DNA of 64,000 nt, from the NCBI GenBank assembly GCA_965216545.1, contig OZ244172.1:1082607-1146606 (forward strand), given 5' to 3'. A program made the translations under genes and the position numbers. This DNA is from Bryobacterales bacterium. GTDB taxonomy: Bacteria > Acidobacteriota > Terriglobia > Bryobacterales > UBA6623. The notes beneath the pieces are model-generated. The model saw only the letters and a program-made list of their open reading frames with translations. It was not told the origin of the DNA and made no database searches. Position 1 is the first letter of the stretch. Every line of letters begins with the position of its first letter. Below, one piece after another: positions 17,991 to 29,355 of the stretch.

Positions 17991-20236
17991 ATCGTTCCCC
18001 AGCGCCGTCTGAGCATCCACTCCGCGGCCTTGAGGCCGAACAGCAGCAGAAACATCGCCGGCGCATCCCACAGATCCAAAGTCTCGCGCGCCGAGATGCC
18101 CGCTTCGGAAAACCGGATCTCCTCGGGCAAACCAGCCAGCTCGTCGGGCTGCCAGTAGCGGCCGCCGGTCTGCTCGGCCAACCGCGTGAGCAGCTCGCGA
18201 TTCTGCGCCGGCTCGAAGTCTTCCGCCACGCCGTCTTGCCTTAGCACGTGTGTGACGGCGCTGCCGAGCGATTCGTCACCCACGAAAGCCTTGGCTTCCA
18301 TGCGATAGGCCCCGGTGGACGCGGCGGTCACCTCGCCCAGGTACACGCCCGCTTCGTCGGCCGAGGGGTGCATCTCGACCGTGAACGGCTCGCCGGTCTC
18401 CGGAGTCACTGTTACGTTGACGATTGCGTTGTTGGCGATTTCGTACGTTTTCGTACGCACCTCGGCGCGTAGCCGGACGCGCGGATCGTCGGCGTAGAGC
18501 GACCGATCGCTAGTAATCGTCACCGGAGTCGGCGAAGACGCGGTGAGGCTGCGCAGCAACTGCCGCCAGAAAGTGTGGTGCCGCTCGTCTTCGTGATCGA
18601 GCTGCATCTTCCAGCGCCACGTCGCGCCAGTAGCCAGAATCATCGCCTTGCCGCGGCCGTAGCTTTGGCTGACCAGCAGCGGCAGGCGGTCGCGACCAAC
18701 TTCGGCTTCGAGCAGCGAGACGGCCGCCGGCTTGAGCGCCCCCACCGTCTGGTAGTCGCCGATCTGCGGCATCTCCTCCCAGAGCTTGGCGCTCTTGTCT
18801 TGGTCGGAATCCAAGCGGCAGATCAGCGAGTCCCGGCCGTGGACGGTGAGCCGTACCGTAGCCTTTTCCCGCACGAACGTCGCGCCGGAGCCGGTCCCGA
18901 GCTGCACCGGCAGCGCTTCGGCCACCTGCGAAGCGCCCCAGCCGCCGTCAGCCAGCCCGTTGCGGCCGGCCAGCATCAACAACGTGCCGCCGCGCAGGTT
19001 GACGAGCTCGCGAATCATCGTCTGCTGCTCGGGCGTGAAGAACGCCGCCTCGAAGCTGCCGATCACCAGCCCGTCGTAGGCGAACAGCTCCTCGCGGGTC
19101 TCCGGAAAGCCCTCTTTGAGGTCGTCCGCCGAGTCGACGCCTTGGCGGTAGTACTTGTTGGTGGAAGTCCGCAACAACGTCACCAGTTGCACGCTCGGAT
19201 CTTCGTAGAGGGCGCGCCGGATGAACTTGTACTCCCAGCGCGGCTCACCCTCAACGTAGAGCACGCGCTTGCGCCCGCGCGGCACGTCCATCACGCGGCT
19301 CAGGGTGTTGTTGCCCGTGATGGTCTCGTCGGCGAGCGGATCGACGGTGAAGCTCAAGTCGCGCAGGCCGGGCTCGCCGGCCGAGAAGTCGATCCACTCG
19401 ACTTGCACGTCCTCGCCGCGCCGCAGGCTCACGTCCTTGGCGGCGAGCACCTGGTCGCCGTCCTTGACCGTCAGCCGCACCGTCTCTGCGTTTCCGGGAT
19501 GCCGAATCGTCGCCTGGGCGCTCACGCGCGACTTGGGCAGCGCGGTGTTGGGCGCCACCACGTCGGCGAGCTCGAGGTCGTTGGGAATCTCCGTCGGTCC
19601 CAGCCCGACCGTGTGGATCGGCACATTGCGCTTGCGGATCTCCGACATCAGCTCGCGACTGAACGAGCCGGAGTTGTCCGAGCCGTCGCTGAGCACGATG
19701 ACCCCGCCCAGCGGGATGGCCGCCGATTCGCGGAGCACGCCCGCGACCGATTCCCCGATGCGGCTGCTAGGGCCCGGTGGCGGCAGCTCCTCGAGCGTCT
19801 GTAGCCGGTCCGCGTCCGATGAGAACCCGTAGAGCCGGACGCGGAATCGCTCCTCCAGTCCCTCGATGACGCCCGACTGCAGCGCCTCTACGGCTTGTTG
19901 CAGCCTCGACTGCTCGCCGCCGTCGCCCAGCGCCATCGAACGCGAGGTGTCGAGCAGGATCGACACCACGTTCTGTTGCGAGCTCAGCGACTGTACGCTC
20001 AGGCCCGGCTGCCACAGTGCGAACAACGCCGTCGCCGCCATGGCGGCCTGCAGAGCCCAGATCACGAGCTTCTGCCGCGCCGTAAGCCGACCCGGCGCCC
20101 GCTGCATGTTCCAGTAGAGCGCCGCCCCCGCCGCGACCACCAGCGCCACGAGCAGCCAGACAGGCCAGCCCGTCGCGAACAGAAAATCCCCTTTCCGGTA
20201 GACCGTCAAGGGGTATTGGAACAGCAGCTCGAACAC
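17987..20236 (-). CDS. Membrane protein with vWA and class-I glutamine amidotransferase-like domains
   Basis: N-terminal TMs, MIDAS LLDTSRSM, VLSDG, RVLYVEGEPRWEYKFIRRAL, GGTLLMLAG, C-terminal TM ending EWMLRRRWG. Confidence 0.85.
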   Translation of the reverse strand: MFELLFQYPLTVYRKGDFLFATGWPVWLLVALVVAAGAALYWNMQRAPGRLTARQKLVIWALQAAMAATALFALWQPGLSVQSLSSQQNVVSILLDTSRSMALGDGGEQSRLQQAVEALQSGVIEGLEERFRVRLYGFSSDADRLQTLEELPPPGPSSRIGESVAGVLRESAAIPLGGVIVLSDGSDNSGSFSRELMSEIRKRNVPIHTVGLGPTEIPNDLELADVVAPNTALPKSRVSAQATIRHPGNAETVRLTVKDGDQVLAAKDVSLRRGEDVQVEWIDFSAGEPGLRDLSFTVDPLADETITGNNTLSRVMDVPRGRKRVLYVEGEPRWEYKFIRRALYEDPSVQLVTLLRTSTNKYYRQGVDSADDLKEGFPETREELFAYDGLVIGSFEAAFFTPEQQTMIRELVNLRGGTLLMLAGRNGLADGGWGASQVAEALPVQLGTGSGATFVREKATVRLTVHGRDSLICRLDSDQDKSAKLWEEMPQIGDYQTVGALKPAAVSLLEAEVGRDRLPLLVSQSYGRGKAMILATGATWRWKMQLDHEDERHHTFWRQLLRSLTASSPTPVTITSDRSLYADDPRVRLRAEVRTKTYEIANNAIVNVTVTPETGEPFTVEMHPSADEAGVYLGEVTAASTGAYRMEAKAFVGDESLGSAVTHVLRQDGVAEDFEPAQNRELLTRLAEQTGGRYWQPDELAGLPEEIRFSEAGISARETLDLWDAPAMFLLLFGLKAAEWMLRRRWGTI

Positions 20237-20255
20237 TCGGGGTCCTTCCAGTATC

Positions 20256-21059
20256 TCAGTGCGTCATCGCGTAGATGACGTAATTGATGCCGAAACGATA
20301 GGCCAGCGCCGTCATCGCCTCGGGGTACTGGGGCCAGTCCGCGTGTTCCCAGGCGTCGCCCAAGTCCATGTTGAAGTTGATCGCGACGATCAATCGGTTC
20401 TCGTCGTCGTAAATTCCCCTCCAGTATCCGGGGTAGCCGTCAGGGCGTTCGTAGGTAAGACCCGACATTGCGGCCCGGATCCCGGGAATCTGGGTCCGCT
20501 GGTCGAGATCGTAGAGCACGTGCAGCACTTCATCGCTCTCGGCGATCTCGACGATCGGCCGATCGGGGAAGACGCGCCGCATCGACATCACGAAGCCTTC
20601 CCATTCCTGCCCGCCGTGAAAATCATCGACCATCAAGAAGCCGCCGCGCGCCAAGTACTCGCGCAGCCGCTCCGCCTCGAGCTCGTTGAGCTCCCAACCG
20701 CCCACCTCGACCGCGTACAGCCAGGGATACTCGAAGATCTCGTCCGAGAGCGGGTTCACGTAGCGCCCGCCGTCGGCGGCGTCGAGCAAGGTCAGCCGCT
20801 GGACGCCCTGCATGAAGTGGTACTCGGCTTGCGGCCAGTCGGTGAGCCAGCGCTCGCGCCCCCACCCGCGCCCTCCGTAGCCGGAATACTGCAGACGGGT
20901 GAAGAAGAACTCCGCGCGCACGGTTTCGCCGGCGAAGCCCATGCCAGGCAGCATCGAGCCTCCGCCTCGCCGGCCGCCGCGCCGTTGCCCGAATAGCGCC
21001 AGGGCTGCGAGCACACCGATCGCCGTCATCACGAAAAATCGGCGGCGCCAGTTTTGCAT
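20256..21059 (-). CDS. DUF4159 domain protein
   Basis: WLTDWPQAE, YPWLYAVE, LREYLARGGFLMVDDF, DLGDAWE, GINYVIYAMTH; AGGAGG RBS; RRRFF signal-like N-terminus. Confidence 0.88.
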   Translation of the reverse strand: MQNWRRRFFVMTAIGVLAALALFGQRRGGRRGGGSMLPGMGFAGETVRAEFFFTRLQYSGYGGRGWGRERWLTDWPQAEYHFMQGVQRLTLLDAADGGRYVNPLSDEIFEYPWLYAVEVGGWELNELEAERLREYLARGGFLMVDDFHGGQEWEGFVMSMRRVFPDRPIVEIAESDEVLHVLYDLDQRTQIPGIRAAMSGLTYERPDGYPGYWRGIYDDENRLIVAINFNMDLGDAWEHADWPQYPEAMTALAYRFGINYVIYAMTH

Positions 21060-21166
21060 CTAGCGGGATCCTCCTGCGCTGCAGCCCATGGTGATCGTAA
21101 CATACGGTCGCGGAAATCCCCTCGCGGTTACCGCCGCCGCGGCGCGAAATGGGATCATGGGGCGAC

Positions 21167-21433
21167 GTGTCCAAGGCGGCCCTGATCTCGGTGTTGTTCT
21201 TGTTGGCCTTCATGGGCCTAGTGGTCTACTCGACTCTCGATCTCAACAAGGTCGCCTGCGAGGTCTGCATGAGCTTCAACGGGCGCAGCAATTGCGCAAG
21301 AGCGTCGGGAACGAGCCGCGAAGAGGCGCAGCGCACCGCGACCGACACCGCCTGCGCGCCTATCTCCAGCGGCATGACCGAGAGCATCCAGTGCTCCAAC
21401 ACGCCGCCGGACTCGGTTACCTGGGTCGACTAG
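21167..21433 (+). CDS. Small membrane-anchored Cys-rich protein
   Basis: One TM helix then CEVC plus three more Cys; start GTG 21167 or ATG 21149. Confidence 0.7.
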   Translation: MSKAALISVLFLLAFMGLVVYSTLDLNKVACEVCMSFNGRSNCARASGTSREEAQRTATDTACAPISSGMTESIQCSNTPPDSVTWVD

Positions 21434-21485
21434 CCTCCGCCGCGTCCATCGCCGGATCGGCCGCCGCCCCCGCTATGATGTCCCT

Positions 21486-22136
21486 GTGATGCTCGCTCGC
21501 CTTTGCCTCGCCGCCGCCCTCTTCGCCGCCTCCGCACCGGCCGAAATCCCCGCCGGCTTTACCTCGCTGTTCAACGGACGCAACATCGCGGGCTGGCACA
21601 TCTCGCTCACTACGCATCACGGCGACACCAGCGAGTGGCGCATCATCGACGGCGCGCTCACCGGAACACAACGGCCCGAAGGCAATGGCGGCTTGCTGCT
21701 CACCGACGAGAAATACCGCGACTTCGAGGTCTACCTCGAGATCAAGCCCGACTTCGGCTGCGACAGCGGCCTTTTCCTGCGCTCGAACGAAGCCGGCCAA
21801 GCCTACCAGGTCATGCTGGACTATCTCGAGGGCGGCAACGTGGGCGGCGTCTACGGCGAACGCCTGCAAGGAGTCGAGACGACGCCGAGTGAAGGCTGGA
21901 AAGAGGCTTGGAAGAAGGACGCCTGGAACGCCCTACGCGTCCGCATCGAAGGCGAGCGGCCTCACATTCAGGTCTGGCTCAACGGCCAGAAAATCACCGA
22001 CTTCCAGGATTCTGCGAACCATTCCGCCGCGGGAGCGCGGGAAGGCATGATCGCCGTGCAAGTTCACGGCGGCTCGCGCTGGGTCAACGGCGGCTACCAC
22101 CGCTTCCGGAACTTGGCCGTCAAGCCTCTGGATTGA
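21486..22136 (+). CDS. DUF1080 (3-keto-disaccharide hydrolase-like) secreted protein
   Basis: Signal peptide; GFTSLFNGRNIAGW, DSGLFLR, WNALRV, GMIAVQVHG, FRNLAVK. Confidence 0.9.
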   Translation: MMLARLCLAAALFAASAPAEIPAGFTSLFNGRNIAGWHISLTTHHGDTSEWRIIDGALTGTQRPEGNGGLLLTDEKYRDFEVYLEIKPDFGCDSGLFLRSNEAGQAYQVMLDYLEGGNVGGVYGERLQGVETTPSEGWKEAWKKDAWNALRVRIEGERPHIQVWLNGQKITDFQDSANHSAAGAREGMIAVQVHGGSRWVNGGYHRFRNLAVKPLD

Positions 22137-22198
22137 GGCTGCGCGCGCTACGGGCTGGCGTGCTGGCTCTAGGGTCCGTAACGGGGACGCAGCACGAT

Positions 22199-22396
22199 TG
22201 GGCGCCAAAGGCGCCCAGCAGGATAGAGCCTCGGGTGAAACCCGTGGAACCGGGAAGGGTTGATTTCCCGCAAGCGCCTGCAAGGGGCCCGGCCTCGGCT
22301 GCGGCCAGGCCCTTGCCAGGGCCAAAGAAAACACTGCGCGGTTCGACGCCACGGGCGCGGCGCCCGTGGCTAGCTTCTGCCTTGCGCCTGCGGCGC
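22199..22396. repeat. Inverted doublet of composite palindromes (REP/REPIN-like) between convergent genes
   Basis: 22202-22247 is an imperfect reverse complement of 22349-22396; each arm holds two hairpins; an inner pair of GC hairpins lies at about 22274-22288 and 22309-22322. Confidence 0.7.
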
Positions 22397-22464
22397 AAAG
22401 ATCTCCCCGGTCATCCCGTCCGATGTTGCAGCGGACCTTGGCGACGGGCCGCTAGTTGAGCTAA

Positions 22465-23316
22465 TTAGAGCGCCTCTTCGAGCACCTGGATGCCGGCCCC
22501 GATGTGCTCATAGATCCCTTCCAGGCGACGCGGAGCCACGTCTAGCCGCTCCAACGGCTCGCTTCGCAAGCGCGCCGAGGCGCTCTTTGCCGTCGCCTTT
22601 TCGGTCCAGGCCTCCGCGAGGGTCCCGCCAATGTGGACGGCGTCGACGACGCGCTGAGACGGTTCGCTGGGCTCCAACCAGGGAGCTTCGCGCCAATGCT
22701 TGGCGGCGTGGGCCATCGGCGTAGGCACGCACCATGTCGTCAGCAGCGCTTCCGAGGCCGTCTCGAAGCTGATGCCGAACGATTCGACCGGGTCGGTCGC
22801 CTCGACGAACTCTGCGGGGAACTCGGAAGCAAGCGCCAGCTCGCCGACGTTGTAGAGCAGCCCGGCCACGCGCAGCGCCTCGGCGTCGCCGCCAAGCTCG
22901 GAGCACACCACCGCGGCGGCCAACGCCTTGCGGCGAACTTGCTCGACCACCGGGACGTCGATGCGCAGGATCTCGAACAGCTTGCCGGCGATCAGGTGGC
23001 AGAGCAGGGCCCGCAGCCGCCGATGTCCGACCACGCGAACCGCGGTCGCCGCGCATGCAACCTCGCCCGGCACGCCGAAGTAGGCCGAGTTGGCAAGCCG
23101 GAGTAGACCGGTCACCGCTCCGGGATCGCTAGTCAGCACGCGCTCGAGACGGTGATTGGTGCACAGCGGCTCATCGAGCATCACCAAGGCGCGTTGCAGC
23201 GCCGCCGCCGACGCAGGCAGCTCCTTCATGCTCTCGAGCTTCTCTCGTGCACGCTCGACCAAATCCGCACCCTCGGGCGCCGGCCTAGTGCTGCAATCCT
23301 CTCCGGAAACGACCAT
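22465..23316 (-). CDS. Stand-alone HDOD domain protein
   Basis: LPAS...DPGAVTGLLRLANSAYFG...AVRVVG; AGLLYNVGEL in place of the usual GLLHDIG. Start set at ATG 23316. Confidence 0.88.
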   Translation of the reverse strand: MVVSGEDCSTRPAPEGADLVERAREKLESMKELPASAAALQRALVMLDEPLCTNHRLERVLTSDPGAVTGLLRLANSAYFGVPGEVACAATAVRVVGHRRLRALLCHLIAGKLFEILRIDVPVVEQVRRKALAAAVVCSELGGDAEALRVAGLLYNVGELALASEFPAEFVEATDPVESFGISFETASEALLTTWCVPTPMAHAAKHWREAPWLEPSEPSQRVVDAVHIGGTLAEAWTEKATAKSASARLRSEPLERLDVAPRRLEGIYEHIGAGIQVLEEAL

Positions 23317-23458
23317 GCCCTTCTCAAGTCTCATCGGCGGAAGTTCCGCCACCCTATAAGTCCGCGCGCCGAATCCGCCCCCGGTCCGGCGCCAATGCCT
23401 TGTTCCGCCTCCAGGGGAGTGAGAACATAGAGGTTTAGCCTCCCAGGCCCCGGAAACC

Positions 23459-26143
<2,685 letters not shown>

Positions 26144-26152
26144 GACTGCTAG

Positions 26153-26797
26153 CTAGTGATACTTGCGATGGACAGCGAGCACCCGGCCCTGGATGGCGAC
26201 CTGCTCGGCGGGCACGCGGATCGGATCCATGGCGGCGTTGGCCGGTTGTAGCCGGATCGAGCCGTCGGGCTCGTGGTAGAAGCGTTTGAGAGTCGTCTCG
26301 GAGCCGTCGACCAGCGCCACCACGATCTCGCCGTTGCGCACCCGATCGGTCTGCTCCACTAATACGTAGTCGCCCTCGACGATGTGGTCGTCGATCATCG
26401 ACTCGCCGCGGACCTCCAGCGCATAGACGTTGCGCGAGCCTGCAAATTCGGGAAAGGCCAACGTCTCGGGCTCGGAGTAGGTTTCGATGGGCTGGCCGGC
26501 CGCGATCACGCCGAGCAGCGGCGTCTGCACGCCGCGGTTCTCCCGTATCGCGGCCTCGCGCCTGTGGACGCGCTGTTCCTTGTAGTACTTGGGAGCGAGC
26601 TCGAGCGCGCGGCTTTGGTTGAAGCTGCGCTTGAGGTAGCCCTTGGACTCGAGCGCCGTCAAGTGCTTGTGAACGGTTGCGATCGACGCCAACCCCAGGC
26701 CTTCGGCGATCTCCTCGAAGCTCGGGCTGTACTCGTTGTCGGCTAGAAACTGTGCGATGAATTCGAGAACTTCGTGCTGTCGTTTGGTCAGCGCCAC
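26153..26797 (-). CDS. lexA: SOS repressor LexA
   Basis: LTKRQ wHTH start, Ala-Gly cleavage site IAAGQP, catalytic Ser VRGESM and Lys TTLKR; GTG start with GAGGAG RBS. Confidence 0.97.
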   Translation of the reverse strand: MALTKRQHEVLEFIAQFLADNEYSPSFEEIAEGLGLASIATVHKHLTALESKGYLKRSFNQSRALELAPKYYKEQRVHRREAAIRENRGVQTPLLGVIAAGQPIETYSEPETLAFPEFAGSRNVYALEVRGESMIDDHIVEGDYVLVEQTDRVRNGEIVVALVDGSETTLKRFYHEPDGSIRLQPANAAMDPIRVPAEQVAIQGRVLAVHRKYH

Positions 26798-26824
26798 GGG
26801 TGCTCTCCTCCTCGTTCGCCTTCT

Positions 26825-26853
26825 ATTCTAGGCGAACAAAATGGGAAAAACAA
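26825..26853 (-). promoter_or_regulatory. Sigma70-type promoter of lexA
   Basis: Minus strand TTGTTT (26853-26848), 17-nt spacer, TAGAAT (26830-26825). Confidence 0.7.
26834..26848 (-). promoter_or_regulatory. Putative LexA box (GAAC-N7-GAAA; minus strand TTTC-N7-GTTC)
   Basis: One mismatch to the GTTC-N7-GTTC direct-repeat box known from Alphaproteobacteria and Acidobacterium capsulatum; lies in the -35/-10 spacer of lexA. Confidence 0.6.
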
Positions 26854-26966
26854 CAAGTTTCGGGGGGAGGGTTCTAAGACAACGCCTAGGACCCGCCGGA
26901 GGGAATCCCCTACTTATCCCGGATCCGACGCAGGGTGAATCATAAGGCTAGAGTCCGTACCGCGCC

Positions 26967-28334
26967 ATGAGCACCACCCCAGCCGTCCCCTCGCAACAGA
27001 CCCTGCAGCCGCAGCAGCAGCCGGATGCCTCCGCGCTCCGCGTCGGCATCGAAAGCTTCGTCCCCACGCCGCCCAAATCGCTCGAGGAAGCCGGCGTGCC
27101 GCCCAGCTTGATCGAGCAGCTCATCCTCAAGAACCTGTACTTCCGCGGGGAGGCTTCGGGCCGTGAGCTCGCGCGAATTCTGGGCTTGCAGTTCAGCGTG
27201 ATCGAGAGCGTAGTGGAGTTCCTCAAGACGCATCGGCTCATCGAAGCCAAGCGCTCTTCGGGGTTCGGTTCAATCTCGACCTCGTTTGCCTGTTCGGAAA
27301 CCGGCCGCGTCCGGGCCAAGGAATACCTCGAAGACAATCGCTTTCTCGGCCCCGCGCCAGTCCCGCTGCGCGACTACAATTTCGCCGTCCGCCGCCAACG
27401 TGTGGTGCCGGGCTGGCTGACCGGCGAGATGCTGCGCAAGGCCTTCGTCGGCGCAGTGGTGCCAGACAGCTTCTACTCGATGTTCGGTCCGGCGGTGAAC
27501 TCGTTCAAAACGCTGTTGATCTACGGGCTCCCAGGCAACGGCAAGACGTTCCTCGCCGAGCAGCTCACCAACATCCAGGCCGAGCCGGTCTTCGTTCCTT
27601 TCGTGATCCAGGCCGAGGGCCAGTACATCAAGGTCTACGATTCGCTCTATCACGACAAGGTTCAGGAGGAGGAAGACAGCGTTCTGCTCCAGGCCGAAGA
27701 GAAGTACGACCGCCGCTGGACCCGCTGCAAGCGCCCGTTCCTGACCACCGGCGGCGAGCTGACGATGGGAATGCTCGATCTCATGTTCATCCCCTCGGCA
27801 AAGATCTACGACGCGCCGTATCAGCTCAAGGCCAACAACGGCATCTATCTGATCGACGATTTCGGCCGCCAACAACTGTCCCCCGCCGAGCTGCTCAACC
27901 GCTGGATCTACCCCCTTGATCGCGGCCGCGACTTTCTCCAGTTCAATACAGGCAGCAAGGTTGAGGTGCCGTTCGAGTGCTTCTTGATCTTCAGCTCCAA
28001 CCTCAACCCCAACGACCTGGGCGACGAGGCGTTCCTACGGCGTCTCGAGTACAAGATGTACATGCCGAACCCCGACGAAAAGGAGTTCGCGTCGATCTTC
28101 CACAACTACTGCAAGAAGCTCAAGATCGAATGTCCGCAAGGGCTGCTGACCCAGGTCGTGGAGAAGCACTACGCGAAGACGGGTCGCAAGTACCGGCGCT
28201 GTCATCCGCGCGACGTACTGAACGTGGCTGTCGACTTGATCCGATTCGAAAAGCTGCCGTACGTGCTCAACGGCGACATTCTCGACCGCGCTTTCGAGCT
28301 GAAGTTCGTTCCGATGGAGCCAATGGAGCAGTAG
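26967..28334 (+). CDS. Uncharacterised AAA+/P-loop ATPase with N-terminal winged-helix-like region
   Basis: Walker A YGLPGNGKT, Walker B-like YLIDDFGRQ, sensor-1-like FSSNL, Arg finger DEAFLRR. Confidence 0.85.
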   Translation: MSTTPAVPSQQTLQPQQQPDASALRVGIESFVPTPPKSLEEAGVPPSLIEQLILKNLYFRGEASGRELARILGLQFSVIESVVEFLKTHRLIEAKRSSGFGSISTSFACSETGRVRAKEYLEDNRFLGPAPVPLRDYNFAVRRQRVVPGWLTGEMLRKAFVGAVVPDSFYSMFGPAVNSFKTLLIYGLPGNGKTFLAEQLTNIQAEPVFVPFVIQAEGQYIKVYDSLYHDKVQEEEDSVLLQAEEKYDRRWTRCKRPFLTTGGELTMGMLDLMFIPSAKIYDAPYQLKANNGIYLIDDFGRQQLSPAELLNRWIYPLDRGRDFLQFNTGSKVEVPFECFLIFSSNLNPNDLGDEAFLRRLEYKMYMPNPDEKEFASIFHNYCKKLKIECPQGLLTQVVEKHYAKTGRKYRRCHPRDVLNVAVDLIRFEKLPYVLNGDILDRAFELKFVPMEPMEQ

Positions 28335-28347
28335 AGCGCGCCGAAAC

Positions 28348-29274
28348 CTACGGCTGCGGCCCCACGCGCGTGATGCGAATCGTGGTCTGATCCACGCGCT
28401 GCACGCCGTTCACGTTGGAAGTACGGGCGAAGTCGACCGACCGCATCCAGTGGGTGGGCAGGTCGAGAACGTACTCGGCGCGGTCCGCGATCGAGAGCCG
28501 CATGCGCGCCAGGGCCGCCTCGAACTGCGCACCGGCGGCCTCCGGAGCGAACCGGCGTACGGCCGCCGCGGCGGCCTCGGTCGCCGACTCCGGCGTCGGC
28601 CGAGATTCCACGCGCAGGACGGCTTGTTCGAGCCCCGGGTCCATCTGGACGACGCGCATTTCGACGTCGGCGTCGAGCGACCCGCCGAACGGGCTGGGCA
28701 ACTCGACCTGCGCCCGCTCGCCCTTGCCGGGAGTGACGTCCACGCCGGCCATGCCGAAGTAGAGCTGAACCAGCTCGGTAGCGGAATCGATGGCCACGGT
28801 CGGCGTCACCATGCCCTGAATCGCGGCCCGCACTTGCTGCATGGTGGCCGTGGGCGCCCGCTCGGCCAGCGCCCTCATCATCTCGTCCATGCCGCGCTGC
28901 ACGGCCTCTATGACCTCCGCCTCGTTCTCGACGCCCCCGAATACGCCGTCCGAGTCGAAGCGGGCTTCCATCACCACGTCGCGCGTCACGCGGTCGACCG
29001 CCTCGAGCGCCCGGCGAACCTCGGCCGGCGCGCCGGAGATGGTCGTGGGTCCGGAGGCAAAGGTGAGGACGGCGCCGGAATCGTCGACCCGGATCACGTC
29101 TATGACGACAGTACTGCTGGCGACGAACTTGCGACCACGGTCAGCCCGGCGGCGAGCAACCTCGACCTCCACGTGCCGCCCCTGGGTGAACTGCGGCCGA
29201 ATGGTGAATGTCTCGGCCGCGGCGACCGAGACGAGCGCGAGGGAGGCGAGCACGGTGGCTGTAGTACGGTGCAT
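28348..29274 (-). CDS. Hypothetical secreted protein
   Basis: Start set at ATG 29274 (MHRTTATVLASLALVSVAAA signal peptide); beta-rich ends and a helical middle. Confidence 0.7.
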   Translation of the reverse strand: MHRTTATVLASLALVSVAAAETFTIRPQFTQGRHVEVEVARRRADRGRKFVASSTVVIDVIRVDDSGAVLTFASGPTTISGAPAEVRRALEAVDRVTRDVVMEARFDSDGVFGGVENEAEVIEAVQRGMDEMMRALAERAPTATMQQVRAAIQGMVTPTVAIDSATELVQLYFGMAGVDVTPGKGERAQVELPSPFGGSLDADVEMRVVQMDPGLEQAVLRVESRPTPESATEAAAAAVRRFAPEAAGAQFEAALARMRLSIADRAEYVLDLPTHWMRSVDFARTSNVNGVQRVDQTTIRITRVGPQP

Positions 29275-29355
29275 GGGAACGAGTGCTCGCCCACAGTCTA
29301 CCGGGCTCTCGCCCGATCGAGCTGGCAGCTTCCGCCTACAATCTGAGAGTCGCCG

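Noticed and set aside
17071-18066. N-terminal 330 aa of the 1092-aa ORF, suggesting a large overlapping gene
   Set aside because: Arg/Gly-rich off-frame read-through over the real 17067-17990 gene; the signal peptide and ATGA coupling place the start at 17070.
22165-22240. Resemblance to a ykkC/guanidine-I riboswitch (CTAGGGTCCG ... GGATAGAGCC)
   Set aside because: The match is partial and the next gene is convergent, so there is nothing downstream to regulate; a palindromic repeat explains it better. An Rfam scan would settle it.
23401-23427. TGTTC...GAACA upstream of acnA as an SOS box
   Set aside because: The 17-nt spacer fits no LexA box geometry I know.
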